DNA from: Candidatus Velthaea sp.
GTDB lineage: Bacteria > Vulcanimicrobiota > Vulcanimicrobiia > Vulcanimicrobiales > Vulcanimicrobiaceae
Length of the DNA: 64,000 bases
NCBI GenBank assembly: GCA_965214935.1
Contig: CBDCCS010000022.1
Coordinates: 128,001-192,000 of the forward strand
Direction of reading: 5' to 3'
This document shows positions 20,481 to 30,440 of the stretch, in pieces; within the stretch, counting starts at the first letter, position 1, and every line of letters begins with the position of its first letter. The translations under genes were made by a program, and so were the position numbers. Below the pieces are notes generated by a model. That model ran no database searches, was not told where the DNA came from, and worked only from the letters and a program-made list of their open reading frames with translations.

Positions 20481-21056
20481 ATGGGGGTTCCGCGTAAGCC
20501 GGTCGACCCGCCCTCTTCTGAAGCCGCAGCGTTCCTCGAGCGCGCCATGCAACAGTACGGCAAAGCGACCTATAACTTCGCCTATCGGCTAACGGGGAAT
20601 GAAGCCGATGCGCGCGACCTTACGCAGGACGCCTTTGTCCGCGTTTATCGGGCTTGGCGGTCGTTCGTCCCCGGTACGTCTTTCCTATCGTGGATCTATC
20701 GAATAGTCACGAATCTGTACCGGGATGAACTTCGGCGCAAAAAAGGACGTTTCCAAGAAGAGATACCGGAAGACAACGCGCCGCAGATTTTCGGCGGCGC
20801 AAAACCGCTAGCCGTCGATCCGATCGAGGATTACATGGCTGGTCAGCTGAGCGAACCGATGGCGCGTTCGCTGGCCGGGCTGTCCAGCGAACAGCGACAA
20901 GTGATCGTCTTAGCCGATATTGAGGAATACAGTTACCAAGAGATCGCGGATATCATGGGGTGTTCGATCGGAACGGTTCGCTCGCGCTTACATCGCGCAC
21001 GTGCACTGCTCCGGCGCCTTGTGAATCGGGCATCGCAACAAGAAACAGAACGATGA
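20481..21056 (+). CDS. ECF sigma-70 factor (start uncertain)
   Basis: AYRLTGNEADARDLTQDAFVR, SWIYRIVTN, SYQEIADIMGCSIGTVRSRLHRAR. Confidence 0.93.
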   Translation: MGVPRKPVDPPSSEAAAFLERAMQQYGKATYNFAYRLTGNEADARDLTQDAFVRVYRAWRSFVPGTSFLSWIYRIVTNLYRDELRRKKGRFQEEIPEDNAPQIFGGAKPLAVDPIEDYMAGQLSEPMARSLAGLSSEQRQVIVLADIEEYSYQEIADIMGCSIGTVRSRLHRARALLRRLVNRASQQETER

Positions 21057-21592
21057 AGCACTACACTGACGACGACTTGATCGATTATCTCCACGGCGAG
21101 CTCGACGACACTGCGGATGCCGGCGTGCACTTCCATCTCGAGGAGTGCGGCGACTGCCGGTCGCGCTACGACGCCGAGGCTGCGCTGGGCGAGCTGTTGC
21201 GCTCGTCGTCGCTCGGACAGGATCGCGAACTTCCGGCGATGCTTCGCGCGCATGTTTGGGCGTCGATTCGCGCCGCCGAGCCGAGCTTGCTCGAACGCGT
21301 GCGCGCCGTCATCAATCCGATTGTCGCCGTACCGCTCGCTGCGGCGTTCGCACTCCTCTTGTACATCGGCGTCCCGGTCGTGCGCGGCTCTCATGCTACC
21401 GGCGCGCCGACCGTTTCGGCCGTCTACTATCTCGAAGAGCACGCTGCGGAAGGTCAGGAAAATCCGCTGGCCGATCGCCTGACGACCGTTATGCCCGCCT
21501 CCGGGCAATCGCCTATTCCCAGTACGAGTGCGGCACTAATCGATGCTGCCGATGCCGCTACCCTTGACGACCTTGTCGCTGACCGGCGCTAA
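21053..21592 (+). CDS. zinc-binding (ZAS/zf-HC2) membrane anti-sigma factor
   Basis: ATGA overlap with the sigma gene; HLEECGDC (HxxxCxxC) plus one TM segment. Confidence 0.85.
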   Translation: MKHYTDDDLIDYLHGELDDTADAGVHFHLEECGDCRSRYDAEAALGELLRSSSLGQDRELPAMLRAHVWASIRAAEPSLLERVRAVINPIVAVPLAAAFALLLYIGVPVVRGSHATGAPTVSAVYYLEEHAAEGQENPLADRLTTVMPASGQSPIPSTSAALIDAADAATLDDLVADRR

Positions 21593-22598
21593 GGCGGTAC
21601 TTGCTGGTCTCGCATTCGTTGCCCTGACCGCTCAAGCGCCGCCGCCGAACGCCGACGAGCTGGTGCGAGCGGCCACTGAAGCGCCGAAACGAATTTCCTA
21701 CGTCGGTGAAGAGCAATCGACACGCTGGGGCGCCAATCAGGCGTTTGCGACGATCGTTCGTATCGAACACAAGGCGCCCGACGATACGCGCCGGACGTAC
21801 TTAGCGCCGCAATCGGTCTACGGTGAGTATACGGTCACAAACGGGACGCGATCGTTCGACTTCAACGTCACCCGCAAAACCGTCATTTCAAGCGAGAACT
21901 TAGCGGCCGACAATCAGGTCGCAATCAACAACAATATCGCGCTTGTTTTTGCGAACTACACCGCGGTTGCCGGACCGGATGAAACGGTCGCCGGGCGCTC
22001 GACGCACGGTGTGTCGCTCATCAATCGGCACACGGGCGAACGCATGATGAGTTTGGGCATCGATACGCAGACTAATATCGTGCTGTCGAAAGAGAGCTAT
22101 CATAGTGACGGCTCCCTCGCGACGCGAATGCGCTTTGATGAAATCCGCTTCACCGGCGACATCCCGGCGGGGATTTTCGCTACGAGCCTTCCGGCCGGCT
22201 ATCAAAGCGTCGAAGGGCGGCACTATGGTTTGCCGTCGACCGATATCGGCGCCGCCGTGCGCGATGCCGGATTCACACCGGTCGGTCCGCGCTATCTGCC
22301 CGAGGGTTTTGCCATCATCAGCGCCGATGCCAGCGTCGTGAAAGGCGTGAAAAGCCTGCACTTGCTGTATTCCGACGGCTTGCGAAATCTTTCGCTATTC
22401 GAGAATGCCAGTAACGCCGCTGCCGACTTCGGCACCTTACGTCCGGCCTCGACGAGATTTGAGAATCACGAAGCGGCGTACGTTAAGGATGGTCCGACGA
22501 CGCTACTCGCCTGGCGCGAGCATGGGCTAGCGTTCGCGCTCGTCGGCGACCTCGATATCAAAGAACTGACCGAGATCGCGACGAGCGTCGTTCCGTAA
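21543..22598 (+). CDS. MucB/RseB-like periplasmic sigma-E regulatory protein (LolA-like fold)
   Basis: Signal-like N-terminus; ISYVG; IDTQTNIVL; LHLLYSDGLRNLSLFE C-terminal motif; follows the anti-sigma gene. Confidence 0.78.
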   Translation: MLPMPLPLTTLSLTGAKAVLAGLAFVALTAQAPPPNADELVRAATEAPKRISYVGEEQSTRWGANQAFATIVRIEHKAPDDTRRTYLAPQSVYGEYTVTNGTRSFDFNVTRKTVISSENLAADNQVAINNNIALVFANYTAVAGPDETVAGRSTHGVSLINRHTGERMMSLGIDTQTNIVLSKESYHSDGSLATRMRFDEIRFTGDIPAGIFATSLPAGYQSVEGRHYGLPSTDIGAAVRDAGFTPVGPRYLPEGFAIISADASVVKGVKSLHLLYSDGLRNLSLFENASNAAADFGTLRPASTRFENHEAAYVKDGPTTLLAWREHGLAFALVGDLDIKELTEIATSVVP

Positions 22599-22610
22599 GG
22601 CCGGCCGCGG

Positions 22611-23021
22611 TTACGGGGTCGGCGCAGGCATCGGTGCCGCCGGCGTTCCGCTTGCTGCCGGAGCATGTCCGCGCGCATGGCGCATCTCGGCGTGGAGTTG
22701 GGTCTGTTGATCGGGCGTGAGAATGCCCATGATTTGGCTGCGCATCTTTTGCGCGTTCGCCCGCTTCGTCGACGCGTCGGCGTTTTGATTCGCCTGACGC
22801 TGCTGGCTGCGGAACGTCGCGATTTGCTGCTTCTGCGTAGGCGTTAGATCGAGCGAATCAAGCGCGCGCATGAGCGCCGGACGGCGGTGATGGTGATACG
22901 AGCCGGCCATCGGAGCCGCCGACATCGCCGGCATCGGAGAAGCGGCCGTCTGCGCGACCGCGGCGACCGGCGCGGTCAGCACGGCTGCGATGGCAAGCAG
23001 TGAGAAAAAACGGATCGGCAT
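22611..23021 (-). CDS. Spy/CpxP-family periplasmic chaperone-like protein
   Basis: Signal peptide; LDLTPTQKQQI and ILTPDQQTQL (LTxxQ) motifs. Confidence 0.8.
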   Translation of the reverse strand: MPIRFFSLLAIAAVLTAPVAAVAQTAASPMPAMSAAPMAGSYHHHRRPALMRALDSLDLTPTQKQQIATFRSQQRQANQNADASTKRANAQKMRSQIMGILTPDQQTQLHAEMRHARGHAPAASGTPAAPMPAPTP

Positions 23022-23149
23022 CGTGTAGCTCCCGGCGGTTCGTTGACGAACGCGCTGTGTAGAGTAGACGGCGCACGGCAGCTGCCGCGCGGCGTAAGAA
23101 GTGCTGTTTACTCTACGAGCGCGCTCGTTACGCCGTCGTGAACGGACGG

Positions 23150-23755
23150 TTAAAGGGTGGCTCGGATTGCTTTTTCGAGCGTCGGCTGCGCGATCTCGCC
23201 GTCGTCCATATACGCGATCGTCTTGTTCTTCGAGATAATGACGATTGTCGGAAAGCCCTTTTGCAAATAGGCTCCGGCGACTTTAAGGTCCGGATCGTAA
23301 GCAATCGGGTATGCGACATTGAACTTTTGAGCGAAACCGACAACGTCGGCTTGCGAGGACGGAGTGTTACCGTCAATGCTGACGGCGCTTCCGGAGACGG
23401 CGACAAAGGTGATTTGCTTGCCGTACTGCGCGTACAAGCTGTCGATAATCTTTGTTTCGCGCTGGCAGTGCGGGCACCACGTCGCGAACACTTCGAGAAA
23501 TACCGGTGTCTGCGTTTTTGTAAGATCGAACGGTCCGGCGGTGGTTGAAACGGCAAAGGCCGGGGCCGGCTGTCCGACGCGCAGCGTCGCTTGGGCATGC
23601 GACTCGGTTGCCGATTGCGGCACAATCGACGGTGACCGCGAGAGGACGGCGACGGTCACGACCAGAGCAACGGCGAGCAGAGCAAGCGTCGCGTAGATAA
23701 TCGGCTTGCGGCGATCGGCCGCCGGTCGCCGGCGCGTTGAAACATTGACTTTCAT
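23150..23755 (-). CDS. membrane-anchored TlpA/ResA-like thioredoxin
   Basis: N-terminal TM; FATWCPHCQRE; GFPT cis-Pro loop. Confidence 0.88.
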   Translation of the reverse strand: MKVNVSTRRRPAADRRKPIIYATLALLAVALVVTVAVLSRSPSIVPQSATESHAQATLRVGQPAPAFAVSTTAGPFDLTKTQTPVFLEVFATWCPHCQRETKIIDSLYAQYGKQITFVAVSGSAVSIDGNTPSSQADVVGFAQKFNVAYPIAYDPDLKVAGAYLQKGFPTIVIISKNKTIAYMDDGEIAQPTLEKAIRATL

Positions 23756-24192
23756 TTCAAGCCTTCAATTCGGCGGTCGACGGCCAGCATCCCAGGCGCC
23801 CGCCATGCGACAAATGCAGCGATCGCGGCGAAGGCGAGATCGCGCGCGACTTCCGGCCACGAAGTGACCGTCGCATCGTGCGGTCCAAAACAACCGCACG
23901 ATAGCGATAGGCCACGCATCACCGCGGAACCGATCGCACCGGCAAAGATTGCTAATTGCACGACGGCAACGATCGCCGCCGCACGTGTAAAGAGGCCCAC
24001 GATCAGATAACCGCCGAGCAAAACCTCGAAGAACGGCAAGAGCAGCGCCATCGGAGCGATGAGGCCGTGCGGGACGATTCCGAAGGCGGCGATCTGCGCG
24101 GCAAAGAGATCCGCATGTCCGATCTTTGCGCCGCCGGCCCAAACAAACAGTACGCCGACCGCAACGCGCAAAACAAGCACGACCATCGTCAT
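23752..24192 (-). CDS. MauE/DoxX-family membrane protein
   Basis: LRVAVGVLFVWAGGAKI, LPFFEVLLG, RGLSLSCGCFG motifs. Confidence 0.85.
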   Translation of the reverse strand: MTMVVLVLRVAVGVLFVWAGGAKIGHADLFAAQIAAFGIVPHGLIAPMALLLPFFEVLLGGYLIVGLFTRAAAIVAVVQLAIFAGAIGSAVMRGLSLSCGCFGPHDATVTSWPEVARDLAFAAIAAFVAWRAPGMLAVDRRIEGLK

Positions 24193-25196
24193 GCTGCCGT
24201 CTCGAGGTCGCGGACGATGGCGCTCTGACGTGCCGGGATCGCCGCGGCATCGGCGACATCGACGCTCCGGCTTTCTTCATAACCGCGGATCGTCTCGATG
24301 ACGCACGTCGCTAAGCCGGCCGGATCGTAGCCGCCTTCGAGCACGAAGAGTGCGCGGCCGTCACAATACTCGGTAGCAATCTCACGGACGATCCGCCCGA
24401 TTTGGCGCGCTGCGTCCGAACTGACACCAAGGTCGCCGACCGGATCGCCGGCAACGAAATCATAGCCCGCGCTAACGACCAGCAGGCCAGGCCGGATCCG
24501 GGCCGCGAGCGCGCGTAGCGCGCGGGTCCAGATTGACATGAACGCCTCGGTGCTGATGCCGGCCGCGGCGAGCGGTACGTTGACAAGCGCAGCGTCGGCC
24601 GCGAACCGGTTATCGCGCGGGTCGCCGGTTCCCGGGTAGGCCGGATCGGCGTGCGTCGACACGTACGATAATCCGGGGCCGACGAGCCGCTGGGTGCCGT
24701 TGCCGTGGTGATAATCGATGTCGGCAATCAGCGCCCGGCCGCCGCTTTCATCAGCAAACGTGCGCGCGGCCAGCGCCGCATTGTTGAACACGCAAAAACC
24801 CATCCCGCGAGCGGGCTCGGCATGATGACCGGGCGGCCGCACCAGCGCAAAGGCGGACCGACGGTGCAAGGTTACTTGCGCCAACGCCTCGAGCGTCCCG
24901 CCCGCGGCACGCGCGGCGGCTTCGTACGTACCGGCCTCAATGGCCGTGTCGCCGGTGGAAAGATACGTTGCTTCGTTGCGCGCGAGCCGGTCGCATTCGC
25001 GCCGCACGAGTTCCACGTAGGCCGGCGGATGCACGCGCTGCAATTCGGCTGAGGTCGCGATCCGCGTATCGACGCGCTCCGCAAGCATGCCGCGTTCGGC
25101 GAGCGCAGCAGCGACAACCGCGACCCGCTCGGGCCGTTCCGGGTGCCGCACCCCGGCGAGATGTTCGGTCAGCCGATCGTCGTACGCGACGAGCAT
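24189..25196 (-). CDS. histone deacetylase-family (class II-like) amidohydrolase
   Basis: HPERPER, RPPGHHA, GFCVFNN, DIDYHHGNGTQ, SAGYD, LEGGY motifs; ATG just after the TPR gene stop. Confidence 0.92.
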   Translation of the reverse strand: MLVAYDDRLTEHLAGVRHPERPERVAVVAAALAERGMLAERVDTRIATSAELQRVHPPAYVELVRRECDRLARNEATYLSTGDTAIEAGTYEAAARAAGGTLEALAQVTLHRRSAFALVRPPGHHAEPARGMGFCVFNNAALAARTFADESGGRALIADIDYHHGNGTQRLVGPGLSYVSTHADPAYPGTGDPRDNRFAADAALVNVPLAAAGISTEAFMSIWTRALRALAARIRPGLLVVSAGYDFVAGDPVGDLGVSSDAARQIGRIVREIATEYCDGRALFVLEGGYDPAGLATCVIETIRGYEESRSVDVADAAAIPARQSAIVRDLETAA

Positions 25197-25197
25197 C

Positions 25198-26778
25198 TTA
25201 GGACTTCGCGGGCGCCTTCGACGCAGCCGGAGATTTCGCCGTTGCCGGCGCTTTCGAGGCGGCCGGTTTCGGCTTCGCATCAAGCTGCTCGATCAATTGC
25301 TGAACTTCGGTATGCGCCTGGGAACCGGGCTTCGTGTATTGCAGAAAGCGCGAGTACGAATCGTGGGCATCTTTTTTGTCGCCGGTCCTCTGATACGACT
25401 GACCCAGCACGTAGAGCACCTGCGGATTTTGTTTGGTGAAGTTCGGCGCCGTGTGATCGAGCGCGGCGAAGATCAGAATTGCTTCCTTATAGTTCTTTGT
25501 CGCGTAATCCGATTGTGCGAGGCCGACGAGTGCTTCGGCCGAACGGCCGAGAGCGTACGAGTGGCGGAACGCATCGCGCGCGCGGTCGTACTCGTGGTGT
25601 TGCACGTAAGCCGAGGCCAGCAGCAGCCAGGTGCGCGGATCGGTTCCCGCGATTTCGGTTAGGCGCTTGTAGGTCGCGATCGATTTTGGGATGTCGTTCG
25701 TCTGCTTATAATAATCGCCCAGCCGTGCAAGCGCATCGGCATTGTCGCGATTCGGACCGGCTGCCGCCGTCCACTCACGCACCGCGCCCGCCGTATCTTT
25801 CGTAAACGCCAGATAATCGCCGTAGCCCACATGCGTCGCCGGAATCTTGGGATACGTGGCGATTGCGTTCCGGTAAGCCGCGTCGGCCTGGCTCGTCATC
25901 TTTTCCGTTGCATAAAGCTTGGCGGTTTGATCGATGATCGCGGCTCTTTCATCATCCGAAGTGGCAAGTGCGAGCAGCTTATTGTAGGTATCGATTGCGA
26001 CCGGTACGTTGTGCTGAGCCGAGGCGATTTCGGCCTTGCCGGCAAGAGCTTCGGGGCTTTTTGGATCGATCGCGACGGCACGATCGAACACTTGAGCGGC
26101 GAGTGCGATCGCGTTCTGCTGTTCGTAGGTTCGCGCTTCGAGAACGACCGGATGCGGATCGGTCGGAGCCAGCTTCGCAGCTGCTTCAAGTTGCGTCCGC
26201 GCGTCGTCGAATTTCTGCTCGGTGGCGAGCACTTGGCCGTAGGTCACGAGCGAGTTCTCGTCGGTTTTGTTGAACGTGATCGCCCGCTTGGCGATGCGCT
26301 CGGCATCGGACGCCCGATTTTGGCGCAGGTATAAGGTCGTAAGCGTTTGCAAGACGGCGGGGTTAGTCGGCTCCAGATTCGCGGCGTTTTCCAGGTCGGC
26401 GACGCTTTCTTTATCGTGTCCGAGCGCCGCATTGGCGATACCGTCGACATAATAGATCTGGGCGCTTTTGGTGCCCGACGCGATGAGCTTCTGCGTCAAA
26501 CCCAAGGCAAGATCGGGTCGATTGATCGAATAATAATCCTGCGACAATTGGGTCATCGTCGCTTTGTCGTTGGGATCGGTCTTGAGCTTGGCTTCCAAGC
26601 GCGGGACTTGTATGTCGAGCGGTTCGGGCGTGGCGGTCGGCGAAGCCGCCGGCGAGGCGGAAGCGGCGGGCGACGGAGATGCAGGCGGCTTGGCTTTCGC
26701 TGACGCCCAGACAGGCGCCGTCATAACGATGAGCGCCGCAGCAGCAGCGGCGGCGGACAGACGGTTGGAACGAATCAC
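25198..26778 (-). CDS. secreted tetratricopeptide-repeat protein
   Basis: Signal peptide, Pro/Ala/Ser linker, repeated ~34-aa helical units (A...DP....A). Confidence 0.85.
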   Translation of the reverse strand: MIRSNRLSAAAAAAALIVMTAPVWASAKAKPPASPSPAASASPAASPTATPEPLDIQVPRLEAKLKTDPNDKATMTQLSQDYYSINRPDLALGLTQKLIASGTKSAQIYYVDGIANAALGHDKESVADLENAANLEPTNPAVLQTLTTLYLRQNRASDAERIAKRAITFNKTDENSLVTYGQVLATEQKFDDARTQLEAAAKLAPTDPHPVVLEARTYEQQNAIALAAQVFDRAVAIDPKSPEALAGKAEIASAQHNVPVAIDTYNKLLALATSDDERAAIIDQTAKLYATEKMTSQADAAYRNAIATYPKIPATHVGYGDYLAFTKDTAGAVREWTAAAGPNRDNADALARLGDYYKQTNDIPKSIATYKRLTEIAGTDPRTWLLLASAYVQHHEYDRARDAFRHSYALGRSAEALVGLAQSDYATKNYKEAILIFAALDHTAPNFTKQNPQVLYVLGQSYQRTGDKKDAHDSYSRFLQYTKPGSQAHTEVQQLIEQLDAKPKPAASKAPATAKSPAASKAPAKS

Positions 26779-26873
26779 GAACTCGACTTTCTATAAATGA
26801 GTGGCCTCATCGCCCGAAGACGAGGCCGGAACGGGCAGCGTTACGCGTTTAACGAGCCGGAGTGCCCCGAATG

Positions 26874-27851
26874 TTACGCATGAACGGCTTTTGCGTCCCG
26901 AACCTGCTTCGCTAACTCGGGAACGATGGCAAATGCATCTCCGACAACGAGCAGATCGGCGTACTCACCGATCGCAACGCCGCCGTCTTTGTTGATCGCA
27001 ACGATCGCCTCGGCGGTGCGCATCCCGACCTTGTGCTGGATCGCGCCGGAGATTCCGACGGCGATGTAAAGCTGCGGGCTGATCGTCTTGCCGGTTTGAC
27101 CGACTTGGTGACCGTGGGAGATCCAACCTGCATCGACGGCCGCGCGCGACGCTCCGACGGCGCCGCCCAACGCATCGGCCAGATCTTTGAGGATCGTTTT
27201 GAACGGCTCGGGTCCGCCCATTCCGCGTCCGCCGCTCACGACCACCGAGGCTTCCTCGACGAGCAGTTCGGCCGCAGCTTCTTCAACTTCATCTTCGACC
27301 GTCACGAGCGCGAGTTTTCCGGACGGCGCAATCGCGAAGGTCTGCGCCCGGCCTGAAGTCGGCGCGACTGCAAAAATGTTCGGCCGGATCGTCGCGACGC
27401 CGTATTCGCTCTTAAAAGCACAGGTCGTCACGCTCAAGCCGCCGAGCTTCGGTGAGACGCAGGCAACCCGGCCGTCGTGCAGCGTGAACGCTACCACGTC
27501 GGCATTCAAGCCGGCATCGACCCGTGCCGCAAAGCGGCTCACGACATCGCGCCCGACCATCGTATTACCGGCTATAATGAGGCTCGGGCCGGTAGCGGCC
27601 GCAACCGTTGCGAGCGCTTCGACGGCCGGATCGATCAGCTTATCGCTTCCCGCATCGTCGAGAAAATGAATCGCGTCGAGCGGGTACGCACGCAGCTGTT
27701 CGGCAATCACGCTTGCCTTCGCGCCGACGACGACGGCGATCGCTTCGCCGCCGAGCAAATCGGCGACGAACCGCGCCGCCGACACCGCTTCGAGCGCAAC
27801 GCGGCGAGCTTGGCCATGCTTGTGCTCGATGAATGCGATGGCAGATTTCAT
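26874..27851 (-). CDS. etfA: electron transfer flavoprotein alpha subunit
   Basis: VVSGGRG, GASRAAVDAGW, QVGQTGK, LYIAVGISGAIQHKVGM, INKD motifs. Confidence 0.96.
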   Translation of the reverse strand: MKSAIAFIEHKHGQARRVALEAVSAARFVADLLGGEAIAVVVGAKASVIAEQLRAYPLDAIHFLDDAGSDKLIDPAVEALATVAAATGPSLIIAGNTMVGRDVVSRFAARVDAGLNADVVAFTLHDGRVACVSPKLGGLSVTTCAFKSEYGVATIRPNIFAVAPTSGRAQTFAIAPSGKLALVTVEDEVEEAAAELLVEEASVVVSGGRGMGGPEPFKTILKDLADALGGAVGASRAAVDAGWISHGHQVGQTGKTISPQLYIAVGISGAIQHKVGMRTAEAIVAINKDGGVAIGEYADLLVVGDAFAIVPELAKQVRDAKAVHA

Positions 27852-28639
27852 TACAGGAGTTTCCGCTCTTTAAGGAAGTCGACGATCGCGCGCGCACCAT
27901 CGACGGCATCGGCCGCCGTCAACGTCCGGCCTTTGTTTCGCGCGGGCGGTATGGCAACGTCGATGAGTTCCGTACGCGCACCGTCGGCGCCGACCGGTTT
28001 AGCAAGCTCGAGATCCGCCAGATGAAGGACGGACAGCGGCTTTTTCTTTGCGCCCATGATGCCCTTAAGCGACGGGTAGCGCGGTTCGGCAAACGATTTC
28101 GTCACGCTGACGAGCAGGGGTAGCGCCGCACTGACGGTTTGATAGCCGGTTTCCGTCTCGCGCCGCACGCGGATCCGTCCGCCCGCGAAGTCGATTTTGC
28201 GCGCATACGTGAGACCGGGAACACCGAGATACTCACTTAACGCACCCGGCAATTCGCCCGTCGTTGCGTCCGTCGATTGGGTGCCGGTAATGACCAGATC
28301 GAAGCCGATTTTGCGGATGCCGGCCGCAAGTGCATATGCCGTGCTCCACACGTCGGAGCCGGCAAGACCATCATCGCTAAGCATTACCGCGTCATCGGCG
28401 CCCATCGCGAGCGCTTTGCGAACGATCTCTTTACCGCTTTCCGGCGTTAGCGAAATCACCGTTACGGACGAGCCGTCGTTGAGTTGTTCCTTGAGTTGTA
28501 GCGCTGCTTCGAGCGCATATTCGTCGAACGGATTGATAACGGTCTCGCCGGCGACCCGAACCAGCCGTTTTGTTGCACCATCGATACGCTTATCGGCGTT
28601 CGTATCCGGAACGAGCTTGACGGTAACGAAAATTTTCAT
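27851..28639 (-). CDS. etfB: electron transfer flavoprotein beta subunit
   Basis: MKIFVTVKLVPD, INPFDEYALEAA, ALAMGAD, EPRYPSLKGIM motifs; GGAGG SD. Confidence 0.96.
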   Translation of the reverse strand: MKIFVTVKLVPDTNADKRIDGATKRLVRVAGETVINPFDEYALEAALQLKEQLNDGSSVTVISLTPESGKEIVRKALAMGADDAVMLSDDGLAGSDVWSTAYALAAGIRKIGFDLVITGTQSTDATTGELPGALSEYLGVPGLTYARKIDFAGGRIRVRRETETGYQTVSAALPLLVSVTKSFAEPRYPSLKGIMGAKKKPLSVLHLADLELAKPVGADGARTELIDVAIPPARNKGRTLTAADAVDGARAIVDFLKERKLL

Positions 28640-29500
28640 CCTGGGCGGCCTCCGGCAATGCATTCGCCGCGACGAATCGGGAACGGACAGCCGGACGATA
28701 TTCGGACTTTCAATTATGAGCCCTGTCGTGGACGCGTAGCGCTCAGGCCCGGTGCTGAAGACAACCTAAGAGCGGTTGCAGAATTCCGGCGTCTCGTTGC
28801 CGCTATCGTGCGAGCTTCTGCACGTCAGTTACGGCCGTTACCATGCGGTTGTCTAGCGGTTCGTTAATGGCACGAAGAATTGTTTGCGTTGCTTGCAAGT
28901 CAATCTGCGTGCGTTGGCGGGCGGCCCCGCAACCGCTCGACCATATCAAAACGAAACTCCGAAGTTACCGGGTGACCTTAGCGAATTGTCGCATCCCATG
29001 CAATCGAAGGTCACGCTGCGACGCTTGACCGACGGCAAACGCTCTGGAAAAGTGTCGGACGGCAGCGTAGACATTGTTGCATCGCGCAAGTTTGAAGCAA
29101 CCGACAGCGGCGCGGGTTTCGCGCAGCAGCAATTACAGCGCGTTACGCAGCAGTACGATATGCTCGAGTAACGCGCGCAATTCGCCGGCGCCGAACGATT
29201 GTCGCAGCATCTCCGCGACATGTTCGGCGCTAAGCGGTTCGAGCGACTGACCCAAGCCGCCGAGACCACCGGAGTGATAAAACCCGGTCGGCGAAATTTT
29301 AATGGTGATCATCGGACCGGCCGGCGCGATTCCGCCCAAGAGTTGCTGCGTGACCGTTAATTCAGCCGTGACGTCATTCGAATCCACGGACGGCTCTTGT
29401 TGAAGTTGACCAGCGACGCCTGTTCGGTCACGCTGCAAGCCGAGGAGGTGCGAACGTGCAGGGCCAAAAGTTTCGCCGCCTTGCTTTACCGGAGGTCGTT

Positions 29501-30259
29501 ATGCCGTCGCTTCTTCGCCGTACTGCAGCGGAATGTATCGGAACGTTTTGGCTCGTGTTCGGAGGCACCGGCAGCGCCGTCTTAGCTGCAATTTTTCTGA
29601 CCGACGCCCGCGTGCCGGTCGGCATCGGCTTCGCGGGCGTTGCGTTGGCATTCGGCCTTACCGTATTGACGATGGCGTACGCGCTGGGGCATATTTCGGG
29701 CGGTCACTTTAATCCGGCAGTAACGATCGGCTTGTGGGCCGGCAAACGCTTTCCGGCCAAAGAGATTGCGCCATACGTCGTCGCGCAAGTGATCGGTGCG
29801 ATCGTTGCGTCGCTCGTCCTTGATGTCATCGCTTCCGGTAAGACCGGCTTTAGCATGCAGCCCAACGGTCTAGCGGCAAACGGTTACGGCGATCATTCAC
29901 CGGGCGGTTACGGCTTACTCGCCGCGCTCGTCACCGAAGTGGTTCTCACCGCCGGGTTTCTCATCGTGATTCTCGGTTCGACCGATGCGCGAGCACCAAG
30001 CGGTTTTGCGCCGGTGGCCATCGGTTTGGCGCTGACACTCATCCACCTCGTCAGCATCCCGGTCACCAATACATCGGTCAATCCGGCTCGCTCGACCGGC
30101 CCGGCCTTATTCGTCGGCGGTTGGGCGCTCGAGCAATTGTGGCTGTTTTGGGTCGCGCCGATCGCCGGCGCACTTATCGCCGGTTACGGCTATCGCGCGA
30201 TCGCGGGCGAACCGGCGTTCGAGTTACCGGGCGACGCGATACCAAAAAACGTTTCGTAA
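29501..30259 (+). CDS. aqpZ: aquaporin Z
   Basis: [38 protein letters not shown] motifs; GGAGG SD. Confidence 0.96.
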   Translation: MPSLLRRTAAECIGTFWLVFGGTGSAVLAAIFLTDARVPVGIGFAGVALAFGLTVLTMAYALGHISGGHFNPAVTIGLWAGKRFPAKEIAPYVVAQVIGAIVASLVLDVIASGKTGFSMQPNGLAANGYGDHSPGGYGLLAALVTEVVLTAGFLIVILGSTDARAPSGFAPVAIGLALTLIHLVSIPVTNTSVNPARSTGPALFVGGWALEQLWLFWVAPIAGALIAGYGYRAIAGEPAFELPGDAIPKNVS

Positions 30260-30440
30260 GCGCCGCGCGCGAGATAGCCGTGCGCGCACGCGGCGACGCG
30301 AAACCGCGTCGATGGCACGCGCCGGTAGCGAAGCGCTCAAACTCCGAATCGTTCGCGGCGCAGGTCTTGGTTCGGTCAAACGTGTGCCGGCTTTCCGTTA
30401 CACGACACGGTTGAAGCTGCTGAGATTTCCGTTCGTTTCA

